From a bacterium (GTDB lineage: Bacteria; Patescibacteriota; Minisyncoccia; Phycocordibacterales; UBA5272): a stretch of DNA of 62,436 nucleotides. The stretch spans positions 1-62,436 of the forward strand of contig JAHFMZ010000001.1 in NCBI GenBank assembly GCA_023267555.1, given 5' to 3'. Both the position numbers and the translations under genes were made by a program. Below are positions 18,475 through 29,580 of the stretch, one piece after another (position 1 is the first letter of the stretch; the number at the start of each line of letters is the position of its first letter). The notes below the pieces were generated by a model, which was not told the DNA's origin, ran no database searches, and was given only the letters and a program-made list of their open reading frames with translations.

Positions 18475-18588
18475 GCCGCTTCAGGATGCCACCTGCGTGG
18501 CATCCGACAGATTCGAATAGGGGTCGCGAAGTCTTTTGTTTTGAACAAAGTGAAAAACTGACTTCGTGACCGAATCTGAGAAGCGGCT
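18475..18588 (+). ncRNA. tRNA-trailing tRNA-mimic module (Thr copy)
   Basis: GCCGCTT+CAG, H1 GATGCCAC-CTGC-GTGGCATC, core AGATTCGAATAGGGGTCG, H2 GGTCGCGAAGTC../..GACTTCGTGACC, then CGAATCTGAGAAGCGGCT, identical to the last 18 nt of tRNA-Thr. Confidence 0.6.
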
Positions 18589-18602
18589 ATCTAGTACACA
18601 TT

Positions 18603-19295
18603 ATGTTCGACATCAAAAAATACATTTTCACTTTTGTCATCACTGCAGCAATATTTGCTACGGCATTTTTTACATCGACTTTTTTTTCAAATAAACGTGT
18701 TGAAACTGTAAAATCTATTCAAGACAATATCGCAATTGATATTCTCTCAAGTGAGACACAATTTTCACTTCTCGGAGAAGTTCCTTGTTCAAATGTGAAT
18801 GACAGCAGTCTTTCCCCAGAACTTTCTACTCTCGGTGATAAATTATCCAAAACAGAAAATGAGCGCGGTTCAACAGATACCGATGTGGTTTATTTAAAGA
18901 AATATTATTCTCTACTTCAAATTAAAGATTATATTCTTTCAAAAAAGTTAGTTGAGAAATGTGGTGTTGCCAAAAAACCAGTTTTCATTATTTATTTTTA
19001 CTCAAACAAAGGAGATTGTGCAGATTGTCAGAAGGAAGGTTTTGTTCTTACTCGATTAAAAGAAATTTATCCAGACTTGCGCGTGTATTCATTTGATTAC
19101 AATCTAGAATTGGCTGCAATTGATTCGATGAAAGCCATTTATCGTATCAAATCCTCACTTCCTGCCCTTGTTATAGAAGACAAAACATATATTGGTTTTA
19201 AATCGATAGAAGATCTAGAAACACTTCTTCCAGATACTCTCAAGGTCGCGACATCAACCACAGCAACTGCAACAAGTACCAAGCGTACTAAATAA
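18603..19295 (+). CDS. membrane-anchored thioredoxin-fold-like protein (CxxC)
   Basis: N-terminal TM helix. FIIYFYSNKGDCADCQKEGFVL resembles a thioredoxin-like CxxC site. Confidence 0.5.
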   Translation: MFDIKKYIFTFVITAAIFATAFFTSTFFSNKRVETVKSIQDNIAIDILSSETQFSLLGEVPCSNVNDSSLSPELSTLGDKLSKTENERGSTDTDVVYLKKYYSLLQIKDYILSKKLVEKCGVAKKPVFIIYFYSNKGDCADCQKEGFVLTRLKEIYPDLRVYSFDYNLELAAIDSMKAIYRIKSSLPALVIEDKTYIGFKSIEDLETLLPDTLKVATSTTATATSTKRTK

Positions 19296-19301
19296 TTTCG
19301 T

Positions 19302-20570
19302 ATGATAGAGAACATTTTACAAGGGCTGATGTATCCATTCCTATTTTTGTCTATGTATTTTCAAGTACTTCTCTTGACTTCATTTTTTGAAAATAAAAGG
19401 AAAATAAAACGTGAAGAAAAACACGAAATACAAAATTATCCAACTGTAGCTGTTGCTGTTCCGTGTTGGAATGAAGAAAAAACTTTGGGGAGTACATTGG
19501 ATTCTTTACTTGCTCTTGATTATCCAAAAGATAAACTTTCAATTATTGTTGTGGATGATGGTAGTAAAGATAGAACTTTTGCTATTGCAGAAGTGTATGC
19601 ACATAATTATCCAAATCAAATAAAAGTATTTGCAAAAGAAAATGGTGGCAAACACACAGCAGTTAATCTCGCTTTAGAAAATTCTACATCAGATTTGTTT
19701 GGTTGTCTTGATGCTGATTCTTTTGTTAATAAAAATTCATTGAAGGTTATAGTCTCATATTTTGAGGCTGATAAAAATACTATGGCTGTGACTCCGTGTA
19801 TTCATATCCGTAATCCACATACACTTATACAACGATTGCAAGCTATAGAATATTTAATGGGTGTATTTTTGCGTAAAGCTTTTGGCCAACTCGATGCCAT
19901 ACAAGTAACTCCCGGACCTTTTTCTATTTTCAAAAAAGAAGTGTTTGATAAATTGGGTGGATATCGCAAAGCTCACAATACAGAAGATTTTGAAATCACT
20001 TTACGTATGCACAAAGCACATTTAAAAATTGTTAATTCACACAAAGCTCTTGTATATACAGTTGGGCCAGCGACAGCTAGGGGTTTCTTTTTCCAGCGTC
20101 TTCGTTGGGCGAGAGGATTTTTGGAAAATTCTTTAGATTATAAAGAATTATTTTTCAAAAAAGAATATGGCAACTTTGGAATGGTAACTCTTCCTTTAGC
20201 TTTTCTTTTTATGTTTTATGGTTTGTATGCAGCAATTTTTTCTGTGTATACATTATTTTCACAGCTATCAACTTATATAAGCAGATGGCTCACAGTTGGT
20301 TTTCATTTTCGTATGCCAGTATTTGATATTTTTTATTTTAATACAACAATGATGTCATTTGTTGTGATGGTGATGCTTTCTATGTTCCTTTTGGTTTTAT
20401 ATATTGGAAATACATTATCAGATGATAAACAGCAATTTTATCGTAATTTCCCAATATTTTTCATTCTCTATCCAATATTTGTTCCGCTATTTCTTGGTCG
20501 TGCAATTTTTGATACATTTACAAAAAGAAAAAATGTATGGGTTTTACAAGACACCAAACACAGCCTTTAG
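19302..20570 (+). CDS. processive family 2 glycosyltransferase (NodC/PgaC/cellulose-synthase-like)
   Basis: VVDDGSKD, LDADS and the QRLRWARG (QxxRW) motif, with TM helices at both ends. Confidence 0.8.
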   Translation: MIENILQGLMYPFLFLSMYFQVLLLTSFFENKRKIKREEKHEIQNYPTVAVAVPCWNEEKTLGSTLDSLLALDYPKDKLSIIVVDDGSKDRTFAIAEVYAHNYPNQIKVFAKENGGKHTAVNLALENSTSDLFGCLDADSFVNKNSLKVIVSYFEADKNTMAVTPCIHIRNPHTLIQRLQAIEYLMGVFLRKAFGQLDAIQVTPGPFSIFKKEVFDKLGGYRKAHNTEDFEITLRMHKAHLKIVNSHKALVYTVGPATARGFFFQRLRWARGFLENSLDYKELFFKKEYGNFGMVTLPLAFLFMFYGLYAAIFSVYTLFSQLSTYISRWLTVGFHFRMPVFDIFYFNTTMMSFVVMVMLSMFLLVLYIGNTLSDDKQQFYRNFPIFFILYPIFVPLFLGRAIFDTFTKRKNVWVLQDTKHSL

Positions 20571-20605
20571 TTTATAGTCGTTATTTTGTATGGTAAAATA
20601 AATCT

Positions 20606-21367
20606 ATGACTGGACACTTACATCCAATTACCTTGGCTATCGCTCGTATATCAGATATCTTTTCCAAGATGGGGTTTGATACTGTTGATGGCCCAGAACT
20701 TGAAGATGAATGGCATAATTTTGATGCATTAAATATTGCAAAAGATCATCCTTCGCGCGATATGCAGGATACTTTTTGGATTAAAAATAAAAAAGGTACA
20801 GATAAATATGGTGAAGAAACAGGATATGTATTACGCACTCATACGAGTAATATGCAGATTCGTACAATGGAAAAATATGTAGCCGAAGGTCGCTCTTTTC
20901 CACTAGCTATTTGTTGTCCGGGAAAAGTTTTTCGTAATGAAGCGACAGACGCGACGCACGAAGCGCAATTTCATCAAGTAGAAATGTTATATGTGTCCAA
21001 AGATGCTTCACTTGCAATGATGATTGGCGTGATTGAAAAGTTTTTCTCAGATTTTTTCGGTACAGATTTGGTGATTCGTCTTCGCTCTAGTTATTTTCCA
21101 TTCGTGGAACCGGGGAATGAAGTTGATATGCAATGTTTTAAATGTAAAGGTAATGGTTGCAATATTTGCAAACAAACTGGCTGGATAGAAATTGGTGGAG
21201 CGGGAATGGTACATCCAAAAGTTTTGGAAGCAGGGGGAATTAATCCGCGAGAATATCGTGGTTTTGCTTTTGGTTGCGGCATAGATAGAATGATAATGCT
21301 CAAATATGGTTTGGATGATATTCGTTTGCTGTACAGTGGTGATCTTCGAGTAGTAAATCAATTTTAA
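20606..21367 (+). CDS. pheS: phenylalanine--tRNA ligase alpha subunit (short N-terminus)
   Basis: THTSNMQIR, GKVFRNEATDATHEAQFHQVE, FPFVEPGNEVD, GWIEIGGAGMVHPKVL, GFAFGCGIDRM. Confidence 0.9.
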   Translation: MTGHLHPITLAIARISDIFSKMGFDTVDGPELEDEWHNFDALNIAKDHPSRDMQDTFWIKNKKGTDKYGEETGYVLRTHTSNMQIRTMEKYVAEGRSFPLAICCPGKVFRNEATDATHEAQFHQVEMLYVSKDASLAMMIGVIEKFFSDFFGTDLVIRLRSSYFPFVEPGNEVDMQCFKCKGNGCNICKQTGWIEIGGAGMVHPKVLEAGGINPREYRGFAFGCGIDRMIMLKYGLDDIRLLYSGDLRVVNQF

Positions 21368-21369
21368 AT

Positions 21370-23724
21370 ATGAAATTTTCCAAATCGTGGTTACAAGATT
21401 ATATTGTTGATGTGCTTCCAAAAGATGAAGTAATTGTCGACACATTAAATAAAAAAGCTTTTGAGGTTGAAGAAACAATAAAACTTTCTGATGATACTGT
21501 TTTTGATATAAAAATTTTACCGAATCGCGCACACGACGCGCTTGGTCACAGTGGTATGGCGCGCGAACTTTGCGCAGATTTTGGTTTTAAATTTAAAGAA
21601 GATAAATTTATACAAAAAAGTAAAAATTTATTAGATAAAAAAATTTCTATTCCGCTTCTTGCAATTGATGACGAAAAAGCCTGCACTCGTTTTATGAGCA
21701 TACGTATAGACGATATAGTGGTCACAGATAGCCCCCAGTGGCTCAAAAATCGCCTAGAATCGATAGGACAACGCAGTATCAACAATATAGTGGATATTAC
21801 AAATTACGTGCAATTTGCGTTAAATAAGCCAATGCACGCATATGACACTCGCACCATTTCCGGCACACTTCGCGCACGTTTTGCTAAGTCTGGCGAGACA
21901 TTAACAACCCTTGATGACAAGTCTCTCACACTAGACGAACAGACTCTTGTGATTGCGGATGATACAAAAGCCCTCGGTCTCGCTGGAATAAAAGGTGGCA
22001 AGTTTAGTGGCATACAAAAAGACACAACGAGTGTAATTTTGGAGAGCGCGAATTTCTCACCATCACTCATCAGAAAGACTTCACAAAGATATGGACTTCA
22101 TACCGATGCTTCCAAACGATTTGAAAATGGTATTGCAAATTCTTTAGTCGAAGAGGGTTTATATATGACTGCCAATTTGATAAAAGAAATTTGTACCGAT
22201 GCAAAATTAAGTGAAGTTGTAGATATTTATCCAAAGAAAGATACAGAATATTATGTGGGAATTTCTCGCAAAGAATTGAATGATATTTTGGGTACAAAAT
22301 ATACAGACGATAAAATTAAAAAAACTTTTGAGCAGATGTCATTTTCATTTGAAAATATTGTTCCCGAAAATTATATTAAAGAAACATATCCGAAACTTGT
22401 TAATGCTCTTTATAAAAATCCTTCAAATATGCGCGAGGATGCTCCGAAGGCATTTAGTTGTTCGTCACTTATCAGTTATTTATACAAAGGTATTTGGATG
22501 CCAAGTCTTTCTATTGATAAATATGTATTTGCAGAAAAAATAAAAAAAGAAGAATTGCGTTTTGGTGATTTAGTTTTCGCAAATACTGGTGAAGGTAAAA
22601 TTCGTTTTGAATCAGAAGAATTTTTGCGTGGCACAAAAGTTCCCGAAGGTGTTGATCATATTGGTATGTATTTAGATGATAATAAAATTATTCACGCAAC
22701 AAAAATTGTTGGAAAGGTTGTGATTGAAACACAAGAAGAGTTTGAAGTTAATCGCAAAATTGTTGGTTATGGGAGAATATCAAATAACTTAAAAGAAGAA
22801 AGATATATTGTAAATATTCCAAAAGAAAGACTTGATATTCATATCAAAGAAGAGTTGGCCGAAGAAATTGGTCGTATAATTGGATATGAAAAAATTACCC
22901 CGACACTACCAGAACTTACAAATGTTGGTATTATTCATAAGCGAATGTTTTATGAAAATGAAGTTCGTGAAATTTTGCTCACAAGAGGGTATTCTGAAGT
23001 GATGACCTACACATTCGGAAATGAAGGCGAAGTAGAAATCGTAAAAGGTTTGGCTGATGATAAAGAAAAATTACGTACAAATATTGGTAAAGGATTATTG
23101 CAATCGCTTCTGCTTAATATTTATAATGCGCCACTTCTAGGACAAAAAACTATAAAGATTTTTGAATTTGGAAATGTTTTCTCTAATAATAAAGAAACTA
23201 GGAATTTTGCACTAGCGAGCGATGACGGTGCAAAGAAAAGTAATTTTACTGAAGAAGTTGATATGATACTTGCTGAAATTAAACGTCGCCTTGGTGTCAG
23301 TGGTATTGAATGCACAACAGTATCTGCCAAGCCATATGTAATTGAAATTGATTTTGATACACTTATAAATAAATTACCAGAACCAACAAAATATGAAGCA
23401 CCCACATTCTCGTCTTTACCTTTGGTTAGCTATAAATCAGTCTCGCCTTATCCGTTTATCGCCCGTGATATTGCTATGTGGGTATCTGATAACGCGGAAT
23501 GGGAAAGTATCAAGTCTCTTTGCGATAAAGTATCTAATCCTCTTGTCGCTCGTGTTGATCTTTTTGATACGTTCTCCAAAGAAATAGATGGTGTAAATAA
23601 AACTTCGTATGCTTTTCGTCTTGTTTTCCAAAGTTATGAAAAAACTTTGACTGATGATGAAGTAAATAAAATGATGGAGCCGTATTATGAATTATTTAAG
23701 AATAAGGGTTACGAAATAAGATAA
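21370..23724 (+). CDS. pheT: phenylalanine--tRNA ligase beta subunit carrying an inserted NlpC/P60-like domain
   Basis: MKFSKSWLQDYI start, B3/4 and B5 strings (..IPKERLDIHIKEELAEEIGRIIGYEKI) and a C-terminal FDX-ACB-like end. About 150 aa with C..H..H papain-like motifs lie between the two halves of B5. Confidence 0.85.
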   Translation: MKFSKSWLQDYIVDVLPKDEVIVDTLNKKAFEVEETIKLSDDTVFDIKILPNRAHDALGHSGMARELCADFGFKFKEDKFIQKSKNLLDKKISIPLLAIDDEKACTRFMSIRIDDIVVTDSPQWLKNRLESIGQRSINNIVDITNYVQFALNKPMHAYDTRTISGTLRARFAKSGETLTTLDDKSLTLDEQTLVIADDTKALGLAGIKGGKFSGIQKDTTSVILESANFSPSLIRKTSQRYGLHTDASKRFENGIANSLVEEGLYMTANLIKEICTDAKLSEVVDIYPKKDTEYYVGISRKELNDILGTKYTDDKIKKTFEQMSFSFENIVPENYIKETYPKLVNALYKNPSNMREDAPKAFSCSSLISYLYKGIWMPSLSIDKYVFAEKIKKEELRFGDLVFANTGEGKIRFESEEFLRGTKVPEGVDHIGMYLDDNKIIHATKIVGKVVIETQEEFEVNRKIVGYGRISNNLKEERYIVNIPKERLDIHIKEELAEEIGRIIGYEKITPTLPELTNVGIIHKRMFYENEVREILLTRGYSEVMTYTFGNEGEVEIVKGLADDKEKLRTNIGKGLLQSLLLNIYNAPLLGQKTIKIFEFGNVFSNNKETRNFALASDDGAKKSNFTEEVDMILAEIKRRLGVSGIECTTVSAKPYVIEIDFDTLINKLPEPTKYEAPTFSSLPLVSYKSVSPYPFIARDIAMWVSDNAEWESIKSLCDKVSNPLVARVDLFDTFSKEIDGVNKTSYAFRLVFQSYEKTLTDDEVNKMMEPYYELFKNKGYEIR

Positions 23725-24281
23725 TGAAATTAGAAGTCCCATATTATTCGCAGTTTATTGATGTAGAAGATAAGTTTTGGATGCTACGGGCTTGTGGTGC
23801 TGTGTGTTTTAAAATGGTTGTTGAATATTACGGGGAAAATATACCCGATATTGTTAAATTTTGTAATGAAGCCAAAGAAAATGGTGGATACGATATAAAT
23901 AATGGTTGGGTACATAATTATTTAGTAACAAAAGCAGAAGAACTTGGATTACAGGCACGTAGATCGGAAGGACTTACGAGTATTACAGATGAAATAATGG
24001 CATCACTTGATGCTGGAAATCCTGTAATTGTTTCAGTAGAAAAAAGAGTGCTCGAGCAAACACGTTTTCATCTCATTGTTCTTGTTGGTTATGAAAAAGG
24101 AGATGAAGGGGATCTTACAGTTGTATCTGAATCTTCTAGTCCCTATCACCTATCACCTAACACCTATTTCTATTATCACGAACCAGAATCTACTGACAAA
24201 ACTCGTGGTGCGTATCGTATTTGCGATGTAGAAATTTTCAAAAATTATTGGCGGGGGAAAGCAATTTTTATTTCCAAATAA
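23724..24281 (+). CDS. peptidase C39-like (papain-fold) domain protein
   Basis: VPYYSQ..W..RACGAVCFKMVVEYYG and FHLIVLVGYE resemble the C39_2 family Cys and His motifs. The start overlaps the pheT stop (ATAATG). Confidence 0.6.
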   Translation: MKLEVPYYSQFIDVEDKFWMLRACGAVCFKMVVEYYGENIPDIVKFCNEAKENGGYDINNGWVHNYLVTKAEELGLQARRSEGLTSITDEIMASLDAGNPVIVSVEKRVLEQTRFHLIVLVGYEKGDEGDLTVVSESSSPYHLSPNTYFYYHEPESTDKTRGAYRICDVEIFKNYWRGKAIFISK

Positions 24282-24282
24282 T

Positions 24283-25566
24283 ATGCAGTTGAGAGATTAT
24301 AAAAATGTACATTGTATTGGTATTGGAGGTATAGGACTTTCAGCTATTGCTAGATATTGCAATTCTAATGGTGCGAAAGTTTCTGGTTCAGATGTTTCTT
24401 CTTCTCGCATCACAGATGATTTACAGAAAGAAGGAATAAATATTTTTATCGGACATAAGTCCGATAATTTAAAAAAAGATACAGACTTGGTCATTTATTC
24501 AATTGCTGTTTTAGACGACAATCCAGAATTGATTGAAGCAAGAAATAAAAATATTTTGTGTATGACTTATCCCGAGGCATTAGGTACTCTTACACAAGAA
24601 TATAAAACTATTGCTGTATGCGGCACTCACGGCAAGACGACAACGACTGCTATGATTGCTTCTATGTTAAAAGCTTGTGGCAAATCACCTACAGTTATTG
24701 TGGGTAGCCTTTTATCTGAAGGTGGAACAAATTTTATACAAGGTAATAGTGAATATTTAGTTGTTGAAGCGTGTGAATATAGGCGTTCATTCCTTAATCT
24801 TTTTCCAACATATGTTGTTGTGACGAATATTGATGAAGATCACCTTGATTATTATAAAGATATGAATGATATTCATTCTGCCTTCCAATCATTCGCGGAT
24901 AAGGTTCCAAAGGATGGATGTCTGGTTACACATAGTGATGTCAAATTAAATACGCAAGGTAAAAAAATAAATGATGATTCTATTGATGCAAATAATATCG
25001 AACTTTCTGTTCTTGGTAATCATAATCATTCAAATGCAAACTTAGCTCTTTCTTTAGCAAAAACTCTTGGTCTTGATGAATTAAAAGCTCGCGAGGGATT
25101 GAAAAATTTTACAGGAACGTGGCGTAGATTGGAATATAAAGGCAAAACAAAGAATGGAATTATAGTTTATGATGATTACGGACATCATCCGGTAGAAATA
25201 AAAGCAACACTAGAAGCTCTACGTGAAGCGTATCCAAAAGGAAAAAATATTTTGCATATATTTTTTCAACCACATTTGTATTCACGTACAAAATTATTAT
25301 TGGATGATTTTGCAAAAGCGTTTGATGAAGCAGACATTGTTTACGTGATGCCAATTTATGCTGCCAGAGAAAAAAATGACAATACTATTTCTAGTTTAGA
25401 TTTGGTAGAAAAATTAAAATTACGCGGAGTGAACGCTCAAATACTTGATAATATACAGGTGATGAAATCATTTATAGAAAATATTACAGACTCAAAATCT
25501 ATTGTGCTTAATTCTGGTGCTGGAGATGCGTACACAGTGCTTAATGAAATTAATCTTGTGAAATAA
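24283..25566 (+). CDS. murC: UDP-N-acetylmuramate--L-alanine ligase
   Basis: VHCIGIGGIGLSAIARY, CGTHGKTTTTAMIASML, and the Mur ligase middle and C-terminal domains. Confidence 0.88.
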   Translation: MQLRDYKNVHCIGIGGIGLSAIARYCNSNGAKVSGSDVSSSRITDDLQKEGINIFIGHKSDNLKKDTDLVIYSIAVLDDNPELIEARNKNILCMTYPEALGTLTQEYKTIAVCGTHGKTTTTAMIASMLKACGKSPTVIVGSLLSEGGTNFIQGNSEYLVVEACEYRRSFLNLFPTYVVVTNIDEDHLDYYKDMNDIHSAFQSFADKVPKDGCLVTHSDVKLNTQGKKINDDSIDANNIELSVLGNHNHSNANLALSLAKTLGLDELKAREGLKNFTGTWRRLEYKGKTKNGIIVYDDYGHHPVEIKATLEALREAYPKGKNILHIFFQPHLYSRTKLLLDDFAKAFDEADIVYVMPIYAAREKNDNTISSLDLVEKLKLRGVNAQILDNIQVMKSFIENITDSKSIVLNSGAGDAYTVLNEINLVK

Positions 25567-25569
25567 TCT

Positions 25570-26898
25570 ATGAAAAAGGATTTGTATTTTCCATATTTTG
25601 AAAATAAAAAAGTTACAGTGCTCGGGCTCGGGCTTTTGGGTAGAGGGATTGGTGATACAAGATTTTTAGCGATGAATAATGCAGAAATTATTGTGACTGA
25701 CAAAAAAACAGAAGAACAATTGGCTTCGTCTGTTTCAGAGCTTAAAGATTTTCAAAATATAAAATATGTTTTGGGTGAACATCGTTTAGAAGATTTTCAA
25801 AATAGAGATTTTATTTTAAAAGCTGCAGGAGTACCGACTGATAGTGAATATATACAATGTGCAAAGGAAAATAATATTCCTGTTTATATGTCTGCTGCGC
25901 TTATGTGTGATATTGTGATGAGAGAATTACCACAGGTAGTTATTATTGGCATCACTGGCACACGAGGAAAAAGTACGGTTACAGAATTGATAGCATATAT
26001 TTTACGAGAAAATGGTTCACGGGTGCATCTAGGTGGAAATATTCGTGGAGTAGCCAACCTTCCTTTGCTTGATGTTATCGAAGACGGAGATTTTTTAATT
26101 TTGGAATTAGATTCTTGGCAATTACAAGGGTTTGGAGATATGAAAATAAGTCCGCATATTGCAGTCTTCACTAGTTTTTTGGATGATCATATGAATTATT
26201 ATAAAAATGATAAAGAATTATATTTTGCAGATAAGGCAAATATTTATCGCAATCAGCATAGTGGAGATGTATTGATTGCTAGCGCTCAGGCTGTGGGAGA
26301 GATTCTTATTCGAGAAAGAGTGTCTGTTATCGTTCCAGAAAAAAAAGATTTTGAAATGAATCTTATCGGTGAACATAATAAAGTTGCAGCAGGACTTGCT
26401 TATGAAGTTGCTGCGCAATGTGGATTGGATGATGAAAGTATAAGAGGAGCGATTAAAACTTTTAAGGCGGTAGATGGTCGTTTGCAAGATATGGGGTTGT
26501 TTAAAAATAATGTAATAGTTTTTAACGATAATAACGGTACCACAGAAGATGCGACAATTGTGGCTATCAATTCCATTTTTGAAAAGTTTGATAAAAAACC
26601 TATTTTGATTGTAGGTGGTGGAGATAAAGGTTTACCAATTAATGAACTCGAAAAAATAATACAAGAAAAAACAAAAGCAGTTGTTTATTTATCTGGAGCA
26701 GGTACAGATAGGATTTCTATTAAAAAAGAATATGAATATGAAAAACTTTCAGATTGTATAGTCAAAGCCTTTGAATTGTCAGAAGAGGGAGATATTATTT
26801 TATTTTCTCCAGCTTTCGCATCTTTTTCAAAATATTTTAATAATGAATATGAACGTAATGATACTTTCGTAAAAGAAGTAGAAAAGTTTAGAAAATAA
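25570..26898 (+). CDS. murD: UDP-N-acetylmuramoylalanine--D-glutamate ligase
   Basis: KKVTVLGLGLLGRG Rossmann-like start, GITGTRGKSTVTELIAYIL P-loop, and a Mur ligase C-terminal domain. Confidence 0.8.
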   Translation: MKKDLYFPYFENKKVTVLGLGLLGRGIGDTRFLAMNNAEIIVTDKKTEEQLASSVSELKDFQNIKYVLGEHRLEDFQNRDFILKAAGVPTDSEYIQCAKENNIPVYMSAALMCDIVMRELPQVVIIGITGTRGKSTVTELIAYILRENGSRVHLGGNIRGVANLPLLDVIEDGDFLILELDSWQLQGFGDMKISPHIAVFTSFLDDHMNYYKNDKELYFADKANIYRNQHSGDVLIASAQAVGEILIRERVSVIVPEKKDFEMNLIGEHNKVAAGLAYEVAAQCGLDDESIRGAIKTFKAVDGRLQDMGLFKNNVIVFNDNNGTTEDATIVAINSIFEKFDKKPILIVGGGDKGLPINELEKIIQEKTKAVVYLSGAGTDRISIKKEYEYEKLSDCIVKAFELSEEGDIILFSPAFASFSKYFNNEYERNDTFVKEVEKFRK

Positions 26899-26928
26899 AA
26901 TACCCGCCTTCTTGTGGGCGGGGTATTT
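26898..26928. terminator. bidirectional terminator hairpin
   Basis: AAATACCCGCC-TTCTTGT-GGGCGGGGTATTT between convergent genes. Confidence 0.65.
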
Positions 26929-26942
26929 GCAAATTGTAAAAA

Positions 26943-27212
26943 CTATTTTTTTATTATAAACCAGACTAACCAAGAGTCGTTCCCGTCTGTCTTTACGCGA
27001 ATGGTATTACTTTCGACTTTTATTCGCAACTTTTTCCCGTCTTTTTGAAACATAGTGACGGAGCCATCACAACCGGGCATATAGTTCGTAAAGATTTCAG
27101 AAGCGAGAACTTCGTGGTCAAATGGGTCGATCAGCTTGAGATTTTTGTCGCTACGCCAAGCTCTGAGAAATCCTGCAGTTTCTTCACTTACAGCTTGAAC
27201 TATCTGTCCCAT
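26943..27212 (-). CDS. hypothetical small protein
   Basis: 89-aa ORF. No family recognised. Confidence 0.45.
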   Translation of the reverse strand: MGQIVQAVSEETAGFLRAWRSDKNLKLIDPFDHEVLASEIFTNYMPGCDGSVTMFQKDGKKLRIKVESNTIRVKTDGNDSWLVWFIIKK

Positions 27213-27324
27213 ATTTGCATCCCCCTTGAACTAGCTTTTATTATTATACTACATATTTGTCAATGTGTAAATACCAAAAATGTGGGTAATTTTTACTGGC
27301 AAAAATGTTTAAAAAATGTTATAA

Positions 27325-29421
<2,097 letters not shown>

Positions 29422-29424
<3 letters not shown>

Positions 29425-29546
29425 AGCCAAAAAATTATCCAATCTACTTTGTCGCGATAACTTTTTTCTTAGTCAACGTACATTTAGGTACGTCTCCCTC
29501 GAAAAAAATTATCGCTTTGCGTATCTTGAACAATTTTTTGGCTTTA
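29422..29546 (+). repeat. stop-codon-proximal imperfect palindrome, copy F (starts on the gyrB stop codon)
   Basis: Outer arms TAAAGCCAAAAAATT and AATTTTTTGGCTTTA. Motifs ATCCAATCTACTTTGTCGC, AGTCAACGTAC-ATTTAG-GTACGTCTCC and GCTTTGCGTATCTTGAACAATTTTT. Inner helix GCGATAA..TTATCGC. Confidence 0.8.
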
Positions 29547-29580
29547 GAACCTTCGTTTTGGAAAAGCTTTTCTATACAAC

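Noticed and set aside
18475-18588. Interpreting the tRNA-trailing modules as tmRNA (GATTCGAATAcGGG resembles the tmRNA 5' GGAUUCGAC.GGG string)
   Set aside because: The modules are only ~110 nt long. They have no tag reading frame, no pseudoknot region and no independent T arm. There are also several copies, each matched to a different tRNA.
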